Positions 13,087 through 27,278 of a stretch of DNA of 64,000 nt are shown one piece after another. Source of the stretch: Eledone cirrhosa (Eukaryota); the NCBI GenBank assembly GCA_964016885.1, contig OZ024740.1, positions 70,680,001 to 70,744,000 of the forward strand, given 5' to 3'. The translations under genes were made by a program, and so were the position numbers. Numbering within the stretch: position 1 is the stretch's first letter; every line of letters starts with the position of its first letter. Under the pieces are notes generated by a model. It did no database searches and had not been told where the DNA came from. It saw only the letters and a program-made list of their open reading frames with translations.

Positions 13087-13438
13087 CCGGCATATACAAA
13101 TATCATAAACAGACACACACACACAAATACACACTCACACAGGTACAAATACATGATGTACTTTCTTAAATGTATAATATAAACTCTTCTTGGTGTTGTG
13201 ACAATACACTCAACATATTCTAGTTCAAGAGGACTGGCCAACAAAGGTCAGAACTTGACCTAATAATAATATTGTCACAGTGGTGGTGACTCCTTTCTCA
13301 AGATGAAATCATTTCTTGCTTAGGGCAATTATACAGAAAAAGAGAATTATGGTTTAATTGCTTGTGTGATTCGATCTGGTACCTACATTTGAACACGTGT
13401 GTAACTATATCAGTGCATGCGCTACGCAGGCATATACG

Positions 13439-13521
<83 letters not shown>

Positions 13522-13536
13522 ATAAACACACACAGT

Positions 13537-13580
<44 letters not shown>

Positions 13581-13699
13581 TATAATTATATATATATATA
13601 TGTGTGTGTGCATGTATATATAAATGTATATATACATACATATCTCTCTATATATATATACATACATATATATATGTATATATATACATATATATATAC

Positions 13700-13733
<34 letters not shown>

Positions 13734-13765
13734 GCATATATGTATGTATATATACATACACACAT

Positions 13766-13818
<53 letters not shown>

Positions 13819-14199
13819 CTTATGTGTGTGTGAAAACGTATATAACGATGAAACTCCACATATTCATATGTGAATACACAAACAAGCATATTTATATATA
13901 TAATCTAGTTTTGTTTTTGGTGACTGTCGTCATCCGTTTTTTCAAAAGTCGCATCGAAGAACAGTCAACATGTTTCTGGGTTATTGCCCTTCACCAGGAC
14001 TGTGTACTTCTCTGCTACTCGTTTGAACTGTTGAATACATATTTACTATGTTCTAAAGTATACATCGGGTGATTTGCCTCATTTGCATACCGAGCGATTT
14101 TACGGCTGGCTTTGCCGAAAATTAAAAACAAAATTAAAATTTGATTTTTCGTTCTGACATAGCGGATTACATAAATGTATTTATGGGTTTATATCGAAT

Positions 14200-14535
14200 A
14201 ATAATAATTGTTTCTACTTTTGGCACAAGGCCAGCAAATACCTAGTGCATTACTGGTACTTTATTTTATCGACCCCGTAAGGATGAAAGGCAAAGTTAAA
14301 CTCGGCGAATAAATAATAATAGTTTCTCATTTAGGCACAAGACCAGCAATTTGGGGGAGGGGAAAGTCGATTAAATCGACTCCAGTGCGTTACTGGTACT
14401 TTATTTTATCAACCCCGTAAGGATGAAATGCAAAGCTAACCTCGGCAGGATTTGAACCCAGAACGTAAAGAGCCGAAACTCTATGTCACGAAGCAGGGTA
14501 TCCTACGTTTTACCGATACTACCAATCCATCGCCC
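14200..14535 (-). mobile_element. Two tandem SINE copies (family of 55426)
   Basis: Reverse complement of the SINE consensus; one truncated and one full-length copy. Confidence 0.85.
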
Positions 14536-14558
14536 TGTATCGAACAATAATAATGATA

Positions 14559-14706
<148 letters not shown>

Positions 14707-16016
14707 GGAACCTAAAAGACCATAATCGATGGAGTACTGTAAGCATATTAAAGTATAGAGTAGTTATTGGGACTTTACGGGTGAAGCCAAAGGACACACC
14801 TGTATATTTACCCTGTTTTCTGTCGGTATATAACACGGACAGGTATTGCGAAGAAATTTGTTTTTGCAAAGAAAATTGTTTTTGATAGAATATAATATAT
14901 TCTTATTGGTGTGTTAGTTCTTCTGACAAAATGCTTTGCGATTCAAATGTCGGAGAGGTCAAATTTGCCTTTCATACTTCAAGAGTCGATGAATAAAGTA
15001 TTCGTCAAATACAGTGGTCGATGTAATCGACTTTTCCCTTCCTTTAGATTTCTTGTCTTTGTGCCTAAATTAGGAACAATTATTATATTCATAAATGCGG
15101 TAGTTTAAGTATGGGTATAGAAAATTATGATACAACATAAAATAATAACTTTAAAAAAACAGCGGTAGTCTGGTGACTAACAAATATAGTACATTAATCA
15201 GAAGAATCTAATTTGGTGTTTTGTTATTTCATCAACCACTTGAACGGTGTTAACTCATCGTTTTACTTCAACGATGTGAAGAATATGAAGTTTCATATTA
15301 TCATATTAATGACTGTTACAAAAGAAGGTTTTGTATTTGTTTTTGTCACGGGGATGAGGAGAGAATTTCTAAACTAGTGGTGCCTAAATTTATTTTGTTG
15401 CGAAATTCTATATGTGATTATCTGAAAATTACCACCGAAACTTTAACAAACCATTATAGTAGGGTAGCCGCTGTGTCATAAGGCATGCATGCGCATTTTA
15501 GACCATCTTTGTTTTAAGTCCTGACATTCTTCCAGAAACTAAGAGGGATTGATAGATATAAAAAGAGATTGATGAGGAAGAATGGACACCAGTTGCTGAT
15601 TGGCAATTTATTTATCGACTCCTAAGAGATGAAAGATAAAATTGACCACGGCGCCAATTGAACTCAGAGCGTTGAGAGCCGGAAAGCAAGACATTAACGT
15701 CTCTGGTATTTCGTCGGTTTATGTACCGATTTATGTACGGTTAATTATCCCGTGATAGCAATTCACACCTTCACACCAATTCAGTGTACTGGGTGGCCAA
15801 TGAATGATACGTTGAATTAGTTCTTTTGTCAGACAAAGCCAGGGAAACATGGCTTTCAATAAAAATTATCTGTATTGATAATGGCGCCACCTTCTCGATT
15901 TATCACGAAATACACTGCAATAATTTCCAAAAAGACGTTGAGATTATGATCTTACAATTGAAAATGAGAAAGTGAGTTGAACATATGCACCACCACACCT
16001 ATATATATATATACCT

Positions 16017-16102
<86 letters not shown>

Positions 16103-16172
16103 TAACATATACGCCTTAGATTTCGAAGTAACATACAATTAATTACCTCACGTTTCCTGTAAATTCATTTCG

Positions 16173-16268
<96 letters not shown>

Positions 16269-18082
16269 TGAAATGTTACTTGATTAAGACCAGTAAAACC
16301 ATCATTCAACTTAGTACTTTAAAAAATTAAAATGTAGGTCTAAGAATTTTCTGTTTAACCGTGGTGAGAAAGATGTACAAGTTCGAATATTCAAAGGTGT
16401 GGAGGGAATTTTATCACTTGGGAAGATATTTATTTTTTGTTTTGTTTTGTTTGTTTGTTTTTTTTGTTTTTTTTTTTCTAGTCCAAACTTTCCAAATTGA
16501 CGCTACACATGCTTCAAAGTTGGACATAATCTGTCTGATTGTTTTTTCACGAACTAATTTTGTTAATAAGGCTGCGCCTACTTATGACTACAGGATGATC
16601 CAATGATAGGCGAAATTTTCTCAGGTGAACTGATTTAAAGAGTGGACCTTTTCGTTTAACTAATAACTGGAACACACATCATCAAAACTGACCCGTTTAT
16701 CTTTCATATGCCTTAGTCAACGGAGGACTATCACCCATGACCGGTGGGGTTAAGGAAACATGTTAACATCAAACCAGGGACCGAGTTCTGGCGCACAAGT
16801 GTTCTGATATTTAAAAAAAGAACGAGACAATCGCAGCTGGAACGTCTTTTCAACACAGAGACTGTCTTTCCAATGTGTCCCCACACAGTTACAGTTTGCC
16901 AAATTTTGCTCACAAGGCTTTGTAATGACAGTAGCTATAGTAAATGACAGTAGCTCAATGGGCCCCGCAGTTAATTTCCGAGGAGGTTGTGAAGCGCACT
17001 TCTTCACCAAAACTATGGCTGCGCTTATTTGACAATGCAATGTCTTATACATGAAAGAGATGGGATATTCACAGATGGAATGTCTTTTAAATATAGGAAA
17101 TTTTTCTCTGATGTTCTTACACACAGTTTCAGTTTACTGAATCTCACTCCCGCGACTATGGTAGAAGACACTTGTCAAAGCTACCACTTTGTAGGAGAAA
17201 ACCCACAACCACGTTGTTGTGAAGCGAGCATCTGAAACCAGATGTATTCCTGCGCACGCTTGACAATACAAAAAGCGGGAATGTCTTATACAAAAAGCTG
17301 GAATGTCTTATATAGAGGAACGTTTCATGTAAAATGCTTCCATTACTTTTACCAAATGAAATACCTGATGTCACGGCCGGAAAGTCTTTTATCGTCCACA
17401 ACAACAAAACTACAAGAACTGAGTTAGAGATGGACAGATAGATAGAGAGAGAGAGAGAAAGAGTGAGAATGTGTGCGTGAGTGAGTCTGTGCGTGTGTAA
17501 GTCTATGCGTATGTGAGTCAGTGTGTGTGTGCGTGTTTATATATCTCTGTGTATATGTGTGTGTTTGTGGGTCTGTATGCGTGTATGAGAGTGCGAGAGA
17601 GAGAAAGAGAGAGAGAATGATAGAGAGAGAGAGAGGGGAGAGAGCGTCTCTGTGTGTGAGTTTGTATGTGTATGTGTGCGTGAGTCCATGTGTGTGTGTG
17701 TTTGTGTACGTATTGTAAGTGCTTTTGTGATTGACTGTTCAACAAGTTGTGTTTTACACCTGATCAACTCGATCAACCACGACTTGTATCTGAATAAAAT
17801 TTCTAAAGAATAAATAGCAATACAGATCACTTAATTCTTGGCCACACATAAACAACACAGGTAAAATCTCTATAAACAATAAAGCTAAACAATTAATAGC
17901 TTCAAAGAGTTGTCGGTATTTTCGGTGTAAATAGCGATTGGTTAATTGGGTGTGGAAATAAAAACATCTGTTAAAACTTGCTAAATGTCCACTGTCTTTG
18001 TGGATTTCGTTTATAATTAATTTGTCTGCAACACCTTTTGACTTAGGTTTCTCTATAATAATCAAGCCTTTCTTAACTCCAT

Positions 18083-18395
18083 TTGGCAGTATCGGTCGAG
18101 GATCGGACGCCATACTTTACAGCATAGTTACATCCCTTTACGTTCTGAGTTCAAATCCCGCCGAGGTTAACTTTGCCTTTCATCCTTACGGAGTCAATAA
18201 AATAAAGTACCAGTCACGCACTAGGGCCGATTTAATCGACTTTCCCCTCCCCCAAATTACTGGTCTTGTGCCTATACTAGAATTCATTATTTCATTCACT
18301 AGCAATGAGTTATGGCTCTTTATGATCTGAGTTCATATCCCGTGCCAGTCTGTGATCCATTGCTGGCCTTGTGCCAAAAGTAGAAATAATTATTT
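18083..18395 (+). mobile_element. SINE plus internally deleted SINE (family of 55426)
   Basis: A/B boxes and central domain; second copy lacks the central domain. Confidence 0.85.
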
Positions 18396-18737
18396 CATTC
18401 ACTACTACATTATGCAAGCATGAAACCTAAATTCCTTGTTTAATCGTAAGGGCGCCGTAGTCTTGGGTAGAGCCCATCCCTCTTCAAATGTGAACACAAC
18501 CGATTTCTTCCAGTGAAAGAGAAAGTGATAGCGAAAGCGAGAATGTGAGGAAGTGATATAGAGGTATAATCGACACCATACATGACTGGTACTTAATATA
18601 TCGAACTCGAAAGGATGAAAGGCAATGTTGGCCTCGGTGGGATTTGAACTGAAAGCACAGAGAGCGCCGGCTCTCTGTGCTTGGAGTTCAAACGTATAAC
18701 ACAAAGGATTCTCTTCAGCGTTCTGACGAGTCTGCCA

Positions 18738-18785
<48 letters not shown>

Positions 18786-18860
18786 GCTACTACTACTACT
18801 GCTGCTGCTGCTGCAGTTGCTACTACTACTACTACTGCTGCTGCTACTAATACTACTACT
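18738..18860. repeat. (CTA)n/(CTG)n microsatellite
   Basis: Directly visible. Confidence 0.95.
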
Positions 18861-19382
18861 ATATGCATATTTGTATACATACATACGTACGAACGTACAT
18901 GCGTACGTACGTTTATACATATATACATGTATACATGCATACATACATACATACATTGTGGCTGCCAACTCGTTTTCGAATACTGCCACTACTTTATATC
19001 CATGTAGGAGAACCCCTACCAATGCGCTGGACGAGTGTGACTTTTTAGTCCAGCCAGCGACTTGAAAACTCTGGTACAAACACTACACTTGTGACAATTA
19101 TTGACACATAGTGCTGGGCCCATGGTACCATGTGACGACAAGTGCAGAGAGATCTCCAGATACAAAGCAATGCCTGTGCCGTGAAGCTTTTATAGTGAGC
19201 AAAGGCACTGCACAAAGCCAGTCCCACTCTCTGATGGTATCCAATGATGTTGACTTGTTCTTCTTTTTGGTAAATATCACATACATACATACATACATAC
19301 ATACATACATACATACATACATACATACATACATACATACACGATCACCTTCAAATTTCAACCTACACCAATGGCTACCTAG

Positions 19383-19423
<41 letters not shown>

Positions 19424-19759
19424 TAACCACTTAGGTTTTCTTTCGCTCACATTTCATTGGTATTTCGGATTTAAAATATTGTGTGAAGGAACTATTATTA
19501 GCAGAATACGGTAATGGTATATCCCGATAGAGATTTGGCATTCTTTTGGTGACATTTTATATAGGTCTGACAACCGGCAACCTCTATTAACAATAAGGAA
19601 GAACAATCATACAATCACACCATCACCACTACTACCACAACTATATTATCAGTACGACCAGCTACACGATTGTCACCACCTTTACCATTGCTACGACAGC
19701 AGCAGCCAACACTTGTCATCTGAATCGAGTCTTTACAAAAAAAAATTAATTTGCGAGCA

Positions 19760-19935
19760 TGGCAGTATCGGTAGAGGGTCGGACGCCATGCTTTCCAGCA
19801 TAGTTACGTCTCTTTACGATCTGAGTTCAAATCCCGCCGAGGTTGACTTTGCCTTTCATCCTTACGGAGTCAATAAAATAAAGTACCAGTAATGCACTGG
19901 GTAATTGCTGGCCTTGTGCCTAAAGTAGAAACAAT
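19760..19935 (+). mobile_element. SINE (family of 55426)
   Basis: Near-identical to the reverse complement of 55426-55600. Confidence 0.9.
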
Positions 19936-20230
19936 TACATGTGTTTAGGCTTGTAAATCTAGTCTTATTTACGTTTACGTAAAATACGAAAAGAAAACAG
20001 CAAAGATTAATCACAATGCAGACATTTGACATATATAAATACGTACATATACACATACATATATGCATGCAAACATATTTACAGCCACAGGAACAAGACA
20101 CTTATTTCACGTTGGTCCTTCTGTCTGGATTTGTGACCGGTAGATAGTATTAGCAATTGGAAAGACCAATGGAAACATTGTTTGCTCGGTCCGATTTTAT
20201 GAGGTCTGGAATCTTGTCGATCGACTGTCG

Positions 20231-20283
<53 letters not shown>

Positions 20284-20795
20284 TAAACGGAAAAGAAAAT
20301 GCTGACAAATTGTTTCCAGTGAAAAATAGTTTAATTAGAAATAAGTGAGAATTAGTAATAGTATTGGTTAGTATTCAGTTTTGGTTTTAAGTTTTACCGG
20401 TTGCGCATTTCTAATGCTTTTCAAAAATAATTTTGAGATAGAGCGCCTATGGTGTTTGCTCTAATCTGATTAGTTTTGGAAATTCTACCTGTTTTATGTG
20501 AAAAAAGTGGCTCCAGATGTATTAAAATAAGTTTCGCGCCAATTCGTGTTGCAAAAATTCTTGTGGTCAAAACAATTTTGATTGGTCGGTAGAGGTCATG
20601 TGAATGTTAAAAATTGATTTTGCGCCAAATGTAGGTTTGTGTCGGCTGATTGAGAAGTCAGTGAAAAATAAGTCTTTCAAAACAAATATGTGTGTGTGCG
20701 TGTAGTAGTAGTAAAGAGGTTCGTTGTTGTGATAATGGTCAGCAGGGATGTGTGTGCGAACCGCAGCCTGTTGACAGTTCAAATGCCTATTAAGA

Positions 20796-20912
<117 letters not shown>

Positions 20913-21653
20913 CAGAGTAATTCGTGGTAGAGGGATGGTCAGTAGGAATGTGTCTGTACGTGCGTGGGGGATATTTTAACATGTTAAAAGATATTTTTCA
21001 GCTCTTGTCTTATACGGAGAAGTGTGTGTGAGTGTGATGTGTGTGTGTGTGTGTATATGTCTCTTTGTATGTTAATGTACGCGTGTGTATGTGTGTGTGT
21101 ATATATGTGTGTGTGAGAATGTGTGTATGTGTGGGTGGACCAGTATTTTTGTGATACTAGTAAAAATGGTGTACATTATTCGATATTTTCAGTAAAAACG
21201 ATTCTCTCAATAGAACATCAAAAACCTTAATAATAAAAGGTGTGAAATGATATATAGTATTGGCATAATACCAAGGTGTGTGTGAGTGTCCAGATTGTAC
21301 GTACTGCAAGGGGAATCCATTAGGCCCTGCCGTATTGGAATACTTGTGTACAAATATATATGTGCCCATCAGTGTGCAATGCATGTGTGCGTTTATGTAT
21401 GTGTGTCGGCACGTTTATATCTATAGACATCAAAAGGTATGCAAATTTGTGTATATTTGTGTTGCACCATAGAACATGTGTGTTTACGTATGTCATTGTG
21501 TTTATATGTGGATAGAGATGTATGCTGATGTAGGTATGTATGTTGACGTGTGTATGTTGTGGGTTCGTTTTAGGGAGAAGTGTTTAGACTAGAAGTGTTA
21601 ATAAAGTGAGATTCCTTGCTGATGCACTGGGTGTGGGTGGCATTATATATATA

Positions 21654-21697
<44 letters not shown>

Positions 21698-21911
21698 AAT
21701 ATAAATTAGCGAGAATCGTATTTCGACTTTGGAAATTAGCGAAAAACAACTTCCGAGATGTGTGGCAAGTGCTCAATAATTCTAACGAACCAGAGCTACA
21801 ACATACGTTAAAGGCCAAACACACTGGGACGATGGTTAAACCATTATCCGCACAGCTATAGAAACGACCAAGTGATTCGGGTCAAACAAATAAAAAATAT
21901 GTGATTGAAAA

Positions 21912-21954
<43 letters not shown>

Positions 21955-21955
<1 letters not shown>

Positions 21956-22415
21956 GAAAAGAAATTGAAAATACCATTAAGAAAAATGGCCATTGAGAAA
22001 ATCAATCCCAAAGTGTTCTTTTCATTTGCGAGAAAACAGAAGGTCACTGTCTCCACTGTTGTCCCTCTGATTGATGAAAATGGCACTCTCCAAGATAATG
22101 CTAAAACCATGGACGAGATACTGCATAAACAATACTACTCTGTATTCAGCAATCCTGATATGGCTGATCAGGGCTGTATCAGTGATGTTAATCAGCAACA
22201 CGCTATACGGACATAACGTTTGGTGCCCCTGATGTCTTAGCGGTAATAAACAAATTAAACACAATTCAGCAGTATGCCCCGCTCGGTTTCCTGCTTGTGT
22301 CCTGAAGGTGTGTCAACACTAACTTGCATCTCCGCTTGCTAATCTGTGGAGGAACTCACTGGACACTGGCTATATACCTGAAAACTTTCTGTCTCAGTCT
22401 GTTGTCCCAGTTTTC
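21955..22415 (+). pseudogene. CR1/L2-like LINE ORF2 fragment (EN-RT linker and RT N-terminus)
   Basis: NPKVFFSFARKQK..PLIDENG..EILHKQYYSVFS, followed by FPACVLK..LANLWRNSLDTGYIP..VVPVF. Confidence 0.75.
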
Positions 22416-22419
22416 AATC

Positions 22420-22628
22420 TTAGAGTGTTGTGGAGGGAGTATGTGGACGCTGGATTTTTCCTCCCAAAATGCATGGTGGTACACTTGTCCACAGCCAGCT
22501 TCAGTTGCCAGTCTGTGATCCATTGCTGCATTGTGTCCAGGTATGATTGTAGGAAAGAGTTGTAGATTGCAGGATCAGTCCTTTTGATTTCAAGGTACAG
22601 CTTGATGTCATCTGCATATTTCAGTATT
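22420..22628 (-). pseudogene. CR1/L2-like LINE RT fragment
   Basis: Reverse strand reads LKYADDIKLY..QWITDWQLKLAVDKCTTMHFG. Confidence 0.8.
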
Positions 22629-22849
22629 TATAAATACTACTTTTCGGATTTTTATTGATACATCTCTGCAGCTTAAGCGCGTTTACCATAAAAACTGCTG
22701 GGTTCTGTATTCCACTTTGTAACTTAGCAACAAATATGAAATATGTAACTTTCTCCATTTATCCTTTCACTTGCTCACTGAAGGCATTAAATTATGTGTA
22801 AGTATTTTTATTGCTCTTACGAACACACCAGCCATGATCCGTGCCCTGG

Positions 22850-23052
22850 ATACATACACATATATATATACATATATACATGCATACATGCATACATACA
22901 TACATACATACATACATACATACATACATACATACATACATACATACATACATGCATGCATACATACATACATACATGCATACATACATACATACATACA
23001 TACATACATACATACATACATACATACATACATGCATACATACATACATACA

Positions 23053-23086
<34 letters not shown>

Positions 23087-23140
23087 CATACATACATACA
23101 TATATATATCTATATATGTGTGTGTGTGTGTGTGTGTGTA
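22850..23140. repeat. (TACA)n microsatellite
   Basis: Directly visible. Confidence 0.95.
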
Positions 23141-23412
23141 TTGGACATATCCACAAAGTACGAGTGAAACTATCGATAGTCAGGACTAGAAGAACTTTGG
23201 TAAAGTTTATATACATTTTTTCTTCAAATTTGCATTTTAGACTTAGCTCCGTTTAATTGATTATTTGTCTAGTTAATTTCTACGGACTAAGAGGAAAGAC
23301 TAGGTAAATTTTATCTGACTGTTCCTCACAGAGGATGGTCTATGGCATTTATCTGTTATTTCTTCAGAGTTACATTTAAAACTTAGCTCCGTTTAAATGA
23401 TTTAATATGTTT

Positions 23413-23479
<67 letters not shown>

Positions 23480-23483
<4 letters not shown>

Positions 23484-23745
23484 GGAAAAAGAAGTTGGTA
23501 ATGCAGTTGAAGTCTTTAAGAGGATTTATTTACAATACCTTTTCCGGTTTCACAGTTTCAGGATTTTCAAACGTTAAGTACATACCCACACATCTCTCTA
23601 CCTCACTTAACTTTTGAAAATCATAAATCTGTAAAATCAGTAAAAGTGCTGTAATTGATCTTCTTAAAGACTCTAATTGCATTTTCAACTTCTTTTTTCC
23701 TATATTTCTATCCATGCGGGATATAAAAAGAACCTAACTATCTTT
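23480..23745. mobile_element. Diverged fold-back of the 53698 family
   Basis: ATAGGAAAAAGAAGTTGGTAATGCAGTTG vs TAATTGCATTTTCAACTTCTTTTTTCCTAT; TTGAAAA core retained. Confidence 0.65.
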
Positions 23746-23766
23746 TATATATATATATATATATAT

Positions 23767-24156
23767 CCAGGGAGTGTAACTTGGAGTTACTGTAGGTTCA
23801 CCCGGGTGAGCACTCGATGCTTAGGTTCACTTCTGTGTCGAGGTGTAGAGCTACACAGAGTGTATTAGTAAAATAAAACAAGGACGATTGGTTACCTCTT
23901 CATTACGTTTATTGTTTGGTGACATGCGTTTCGCCACTGATCAGCTTAAGATTCGATCTGTATCGATCTCGCCCGACTCTGTAATCCACGGCTTGTCAGA
24001 CCCCTTACAATGGTAATGAAAAAGTGATTATTCATTTTTTCATTACCATTGTAATGAAAATCGATGCAGATCGAACCTTGAGCTGATCAGTGGCGAAACG
24101 CGCGTCACCAACCAATAAACGCAATGAAGGAATAACCAATCGTCCTTGTTTTATTT

Positions 24157-24160
<4 letters not shown>
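23767..24160. mobile_element. Fold-back PLE terminal-repeat remnant
   Basis: About 23867-23966 is inverted at about 24061-24160; (TA)n on both sides. Confidence 0.8.
23918..24002 (-). ncRNA. Hammerhead motif with mismatched core (CTGACAA), probably inactive
   Basis: GGT CTGACAA GCC...GGC GAAAC GCAT GTC ACC followed by AATAAA. Confidence 0.6.
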
Positions 24161-24206
<46 letters not shown>

Positions 24207-24210
<4 letters not shown>

Positions 24211-24793
24211 GGAAAAAATGAAATTTCATTTCTCACTCTTAGTACGGCTGATACTTAAATATAAGTATGTATACGTACATACATATATGTGTACAGACGT
24301 ACAGTAGTATGTATATGCATACATACATGCATACATATATATATGTACGTATGGATTTACCGAACATTTATTATAATGCTCAGTTTGTTTGTAAACAAAC
24401 AGCTTCAATAATTAGCCGTACAGTGTTCGGCAACCATTTTGTTCAACACTGACAAAGGAACTATGAACTAATTTCAAGCTTATTAGCTGTCATGAGCACC
24501 GTATACCTTCCTGTCAGTCAATTGAACGTTTCAAAGTATATACTTTCCTTATGCATATTAACGGCTGAGCAGCCTAATTTGCATATCGCGTGAGTTAGTC
24601 GGCCGGGCATACCGAAAACGATAAATGGAAAAAATGAAATTTCATTTCTCACTCTTAGCACGGCTGATACTTAAATATAAGTATGTATACGTACATACAT
24701 ATATGTATACAGACGTACAGTAGTATACATACATACATGCACAAATATATTTATGTACGTATGTGTTTACCGAAGATTTATTATAATGCTCGG
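24207..24793. repeat. Partial tandem duplication, period about 416 nt, between (TA)n arrays
   Basis: 24207-24381 is repeated with substitutions at 24623-24791. Confidence 0.85.
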
Positions 24794-24841
<48 letters not shown>

Positions 24842-24846
<5 letters not shown>

Positions 24847-25363
24847 TATAAGTATTAATAAAATAGATGTTCTTTTGATCAATTACATTTTATTATACAT
24901 ATTTCGGATGTACAACAGTACGTCCTCATCAGACAAAATATAATGATATATGACATACCCTGAGATGTTAAATAGTTAAGATTTAATCAAGGTAGTGATT
25001 ACCCGATAGAAAATTTTACTTATATAATATCTGTGTGAGAGTGTGAAAACGTTTTCGCACTCTCACACAGATATTATATAAGTAAAATTTTCTATCGGGT
25101 AATCACTACCTTGATTAAATCTTAACCATTTAACATCTCAGGGTATGTCATATATCATTATATTTTGTCTGATGAGGACGTACTGTTGTACATCCGAAAT
25201 ATGTATAATAAAATGTAATTGATCAAAAGAACATCTATTTTATTAATACTTATATTTTAATATTAATAACTCCTGAAAATTATTTTTCCGTTGAATGCTT
25301 CCAATCTATTGTAAAACTCATTCTTTGACATAATCATCGAATATTGTTTAACAACTTAATAGT

Positions 25364-25365
<2 letters not shown>
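24842..25365. mobile_element. Near-perfect fold-back (arms about 205 bp) with an HHR in each arm
   Basis: 24842-25049 vs about 25053-25260; HHR at 24887-24939 (-) and 25162-25214 (+). Confidence 0.88.
25162..25214 (+). ncRNA. Type I hammerhead ribozyme
   Basis: ATTTTGT CTGATGA GGACGTAC-TGTT-GTACATCC GAAA TATGTA TA ATAAAAT. Confidence 0.88.
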
Positions 25366-25410
<45 letters not shown>

Positions 25411-25451
25411 ATACAAGGCCGGGTTCTAATACATTCCTTTAATGTTCCACA

Positions 25452-25532
25452 ATTACATAATGCGTATTTCTATACCCGGCTTACACCATCAGACCATAAC
25501 AAAAGACAATTGTCAACGTCATCAGATGTAAT
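25452..25532 (-). ncRNA. Type I hammerhead-like motif with irregular stem II
   Basis: ATTACAT CTGATGA ... GAAA TACGCA TT ATGTAAT; 7-bp stem I. Confidence 0.6.
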
Positions 25533-25628
25533 GAACATAAAAGATTTAGTAGATTTAGTTCAGTAGGACATTTCCAGTCCGGCCGTCTGTTATAAATATA
25601 AATATATAAATATATATATATATATATT

Positions 25629-25734
<106 letters not shown>

Positions 25735-26534
25735 GAGTTTCCGTCTACCAAATTCCACTCACAAAGTTTCCGTCAGCCTAAGGTAATAGTAGAAGAAATT
25801 ACCCAACATGGTTGCGAAGTGAATGTCTTAACCGCATAGTCAAACCAACATTAAATCGTTTTATTTTACTGTTTACACAGGTAGGAAATGACATTGCCCA
25901 TGTACGTTCCCAGAGCCTCCGAAACTGGTGAAAGACAGTAAGTAAAGTATCCTTAAACCAAAGACAAGTTCTGAATGTTTGCAACAGATTCGACTCCGCT
26001 AAAGTCGCCGTAGAACAAGGTGACGGTGTTAAACCGGGCGACGGATTAATTCTATAAACCCTGTAAGCAACATTGAGATTCGAACTTAGTATGCAAGAAG
26101 CAGAAAAAATACCACCAGACGACTCGTCCGACGCTCTAAATGTTCCCTAAATGTGCAATAGTTTAAGCATCGGACAAAGCGCCTTGCAGTATTTATTTCG
26201 GCTCACTGTTCTATGAGTGCAAATCCCACCAATGTCAAATTCGCTTTCATCCTTCCGTGGTCGATAAGATAAAGTACCATTTCAGAGCGATGGGTTGACG
26301 GTATTGTCAAATGTATCGCACAAGATACCGTATAGTATTGGAGCCGTTTGCGTTCTAGGTACAAATCAGGCAATGTTTTACAGCATTGGTAGACATAATC
26401 CACCACCTAGTTTAACACCAACACTTACCTATCTTTACTAGAGTTCACTTTGTTGTAAGCATTCGGTCCACGTCTTCGCTTCGAAGATACTTTCCCCCCT
26501 CTCCATGATTACTAACCTTCTTTCCTCTCCCTGA

Positions 26535-26710
26535 CAGAAGGTCGGACGCCATGCTTTATGATCTGTGTTCAAATCCCGCCGAGGTTAACCTTGCCTTTCA
26601 TCCTTACGTGTCGATAAAATAAAGTACCAGTCCCGCACTGGGGTCGATTTAATCAACTTTCCCCTCCTCCAAAATTGCTGGCCTTGTGCCTATATAACAA
26701 ACCATATTAT
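26535..26710 (+). mobile_element. SINE (family of 55426)
   Basis: B box, central domain and tail. Confidence 0.85.
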
Positions 26711-26757
26711 ATGCGTATACAAACCCACACACACATAAAAACACACACTCGCGCGTC

Positions 26758-26798
<41 letters not shown>

Positions 26799-27233
26799 GA
26801 GTAGTTACCACAATACTGGTTTGTATTTATTTTTCTTGATTTATTCTTAAATTGAGTCTAGCAAACCCTATTGTCTGTCATTAGTATTTTTTTCACCTTA
26901 GCGTTTCTGGTCCATTACGATTTGAACGCATACATGTTCGTTTTTCTTTTTTGTTCAGTTATTCTATACGGCTCGGAATAACCTTTTTCCTAGAGCTAAT
27001 TTTACTGTAATGAGACTATTTTGAGTTTCTAACTCAATGCATGCTTTTGATATATATATATATATATATAATACTATTTATAGTTATGTATATAGTATAA
27101 ACAACTACAAAGAGGAAGGTCAGTAATTTCCTACTAGCTTATTACCAGTAAGAGAAATAGCTCAATGTATGAACATCAGTTGTTTTACAGAGCAGGAAAA
27201 TAAATAAATTAGTTGTGTTCAAATCATTTAATA

Positions 27234-27278
27234 GCTGACAATCGTTTCTTCCAAACTCTCATTTGTAGTCATCGGAGC
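27234..27278 (-). ncRNA. Hammerhead motif with CCGATGA core (3' pLTR of PLE 2)
   Basis: GCT CCGATGA CTACAAAT-GAGA-GTTTGGAA GAAAC GATT GTC AGC. Confidence 0.65.

Noticed and set aside
20298-20325. GAAACAATTTGTC on the - strand (HHR 3' half)
   Set aside because: No matching core or stem I partner located
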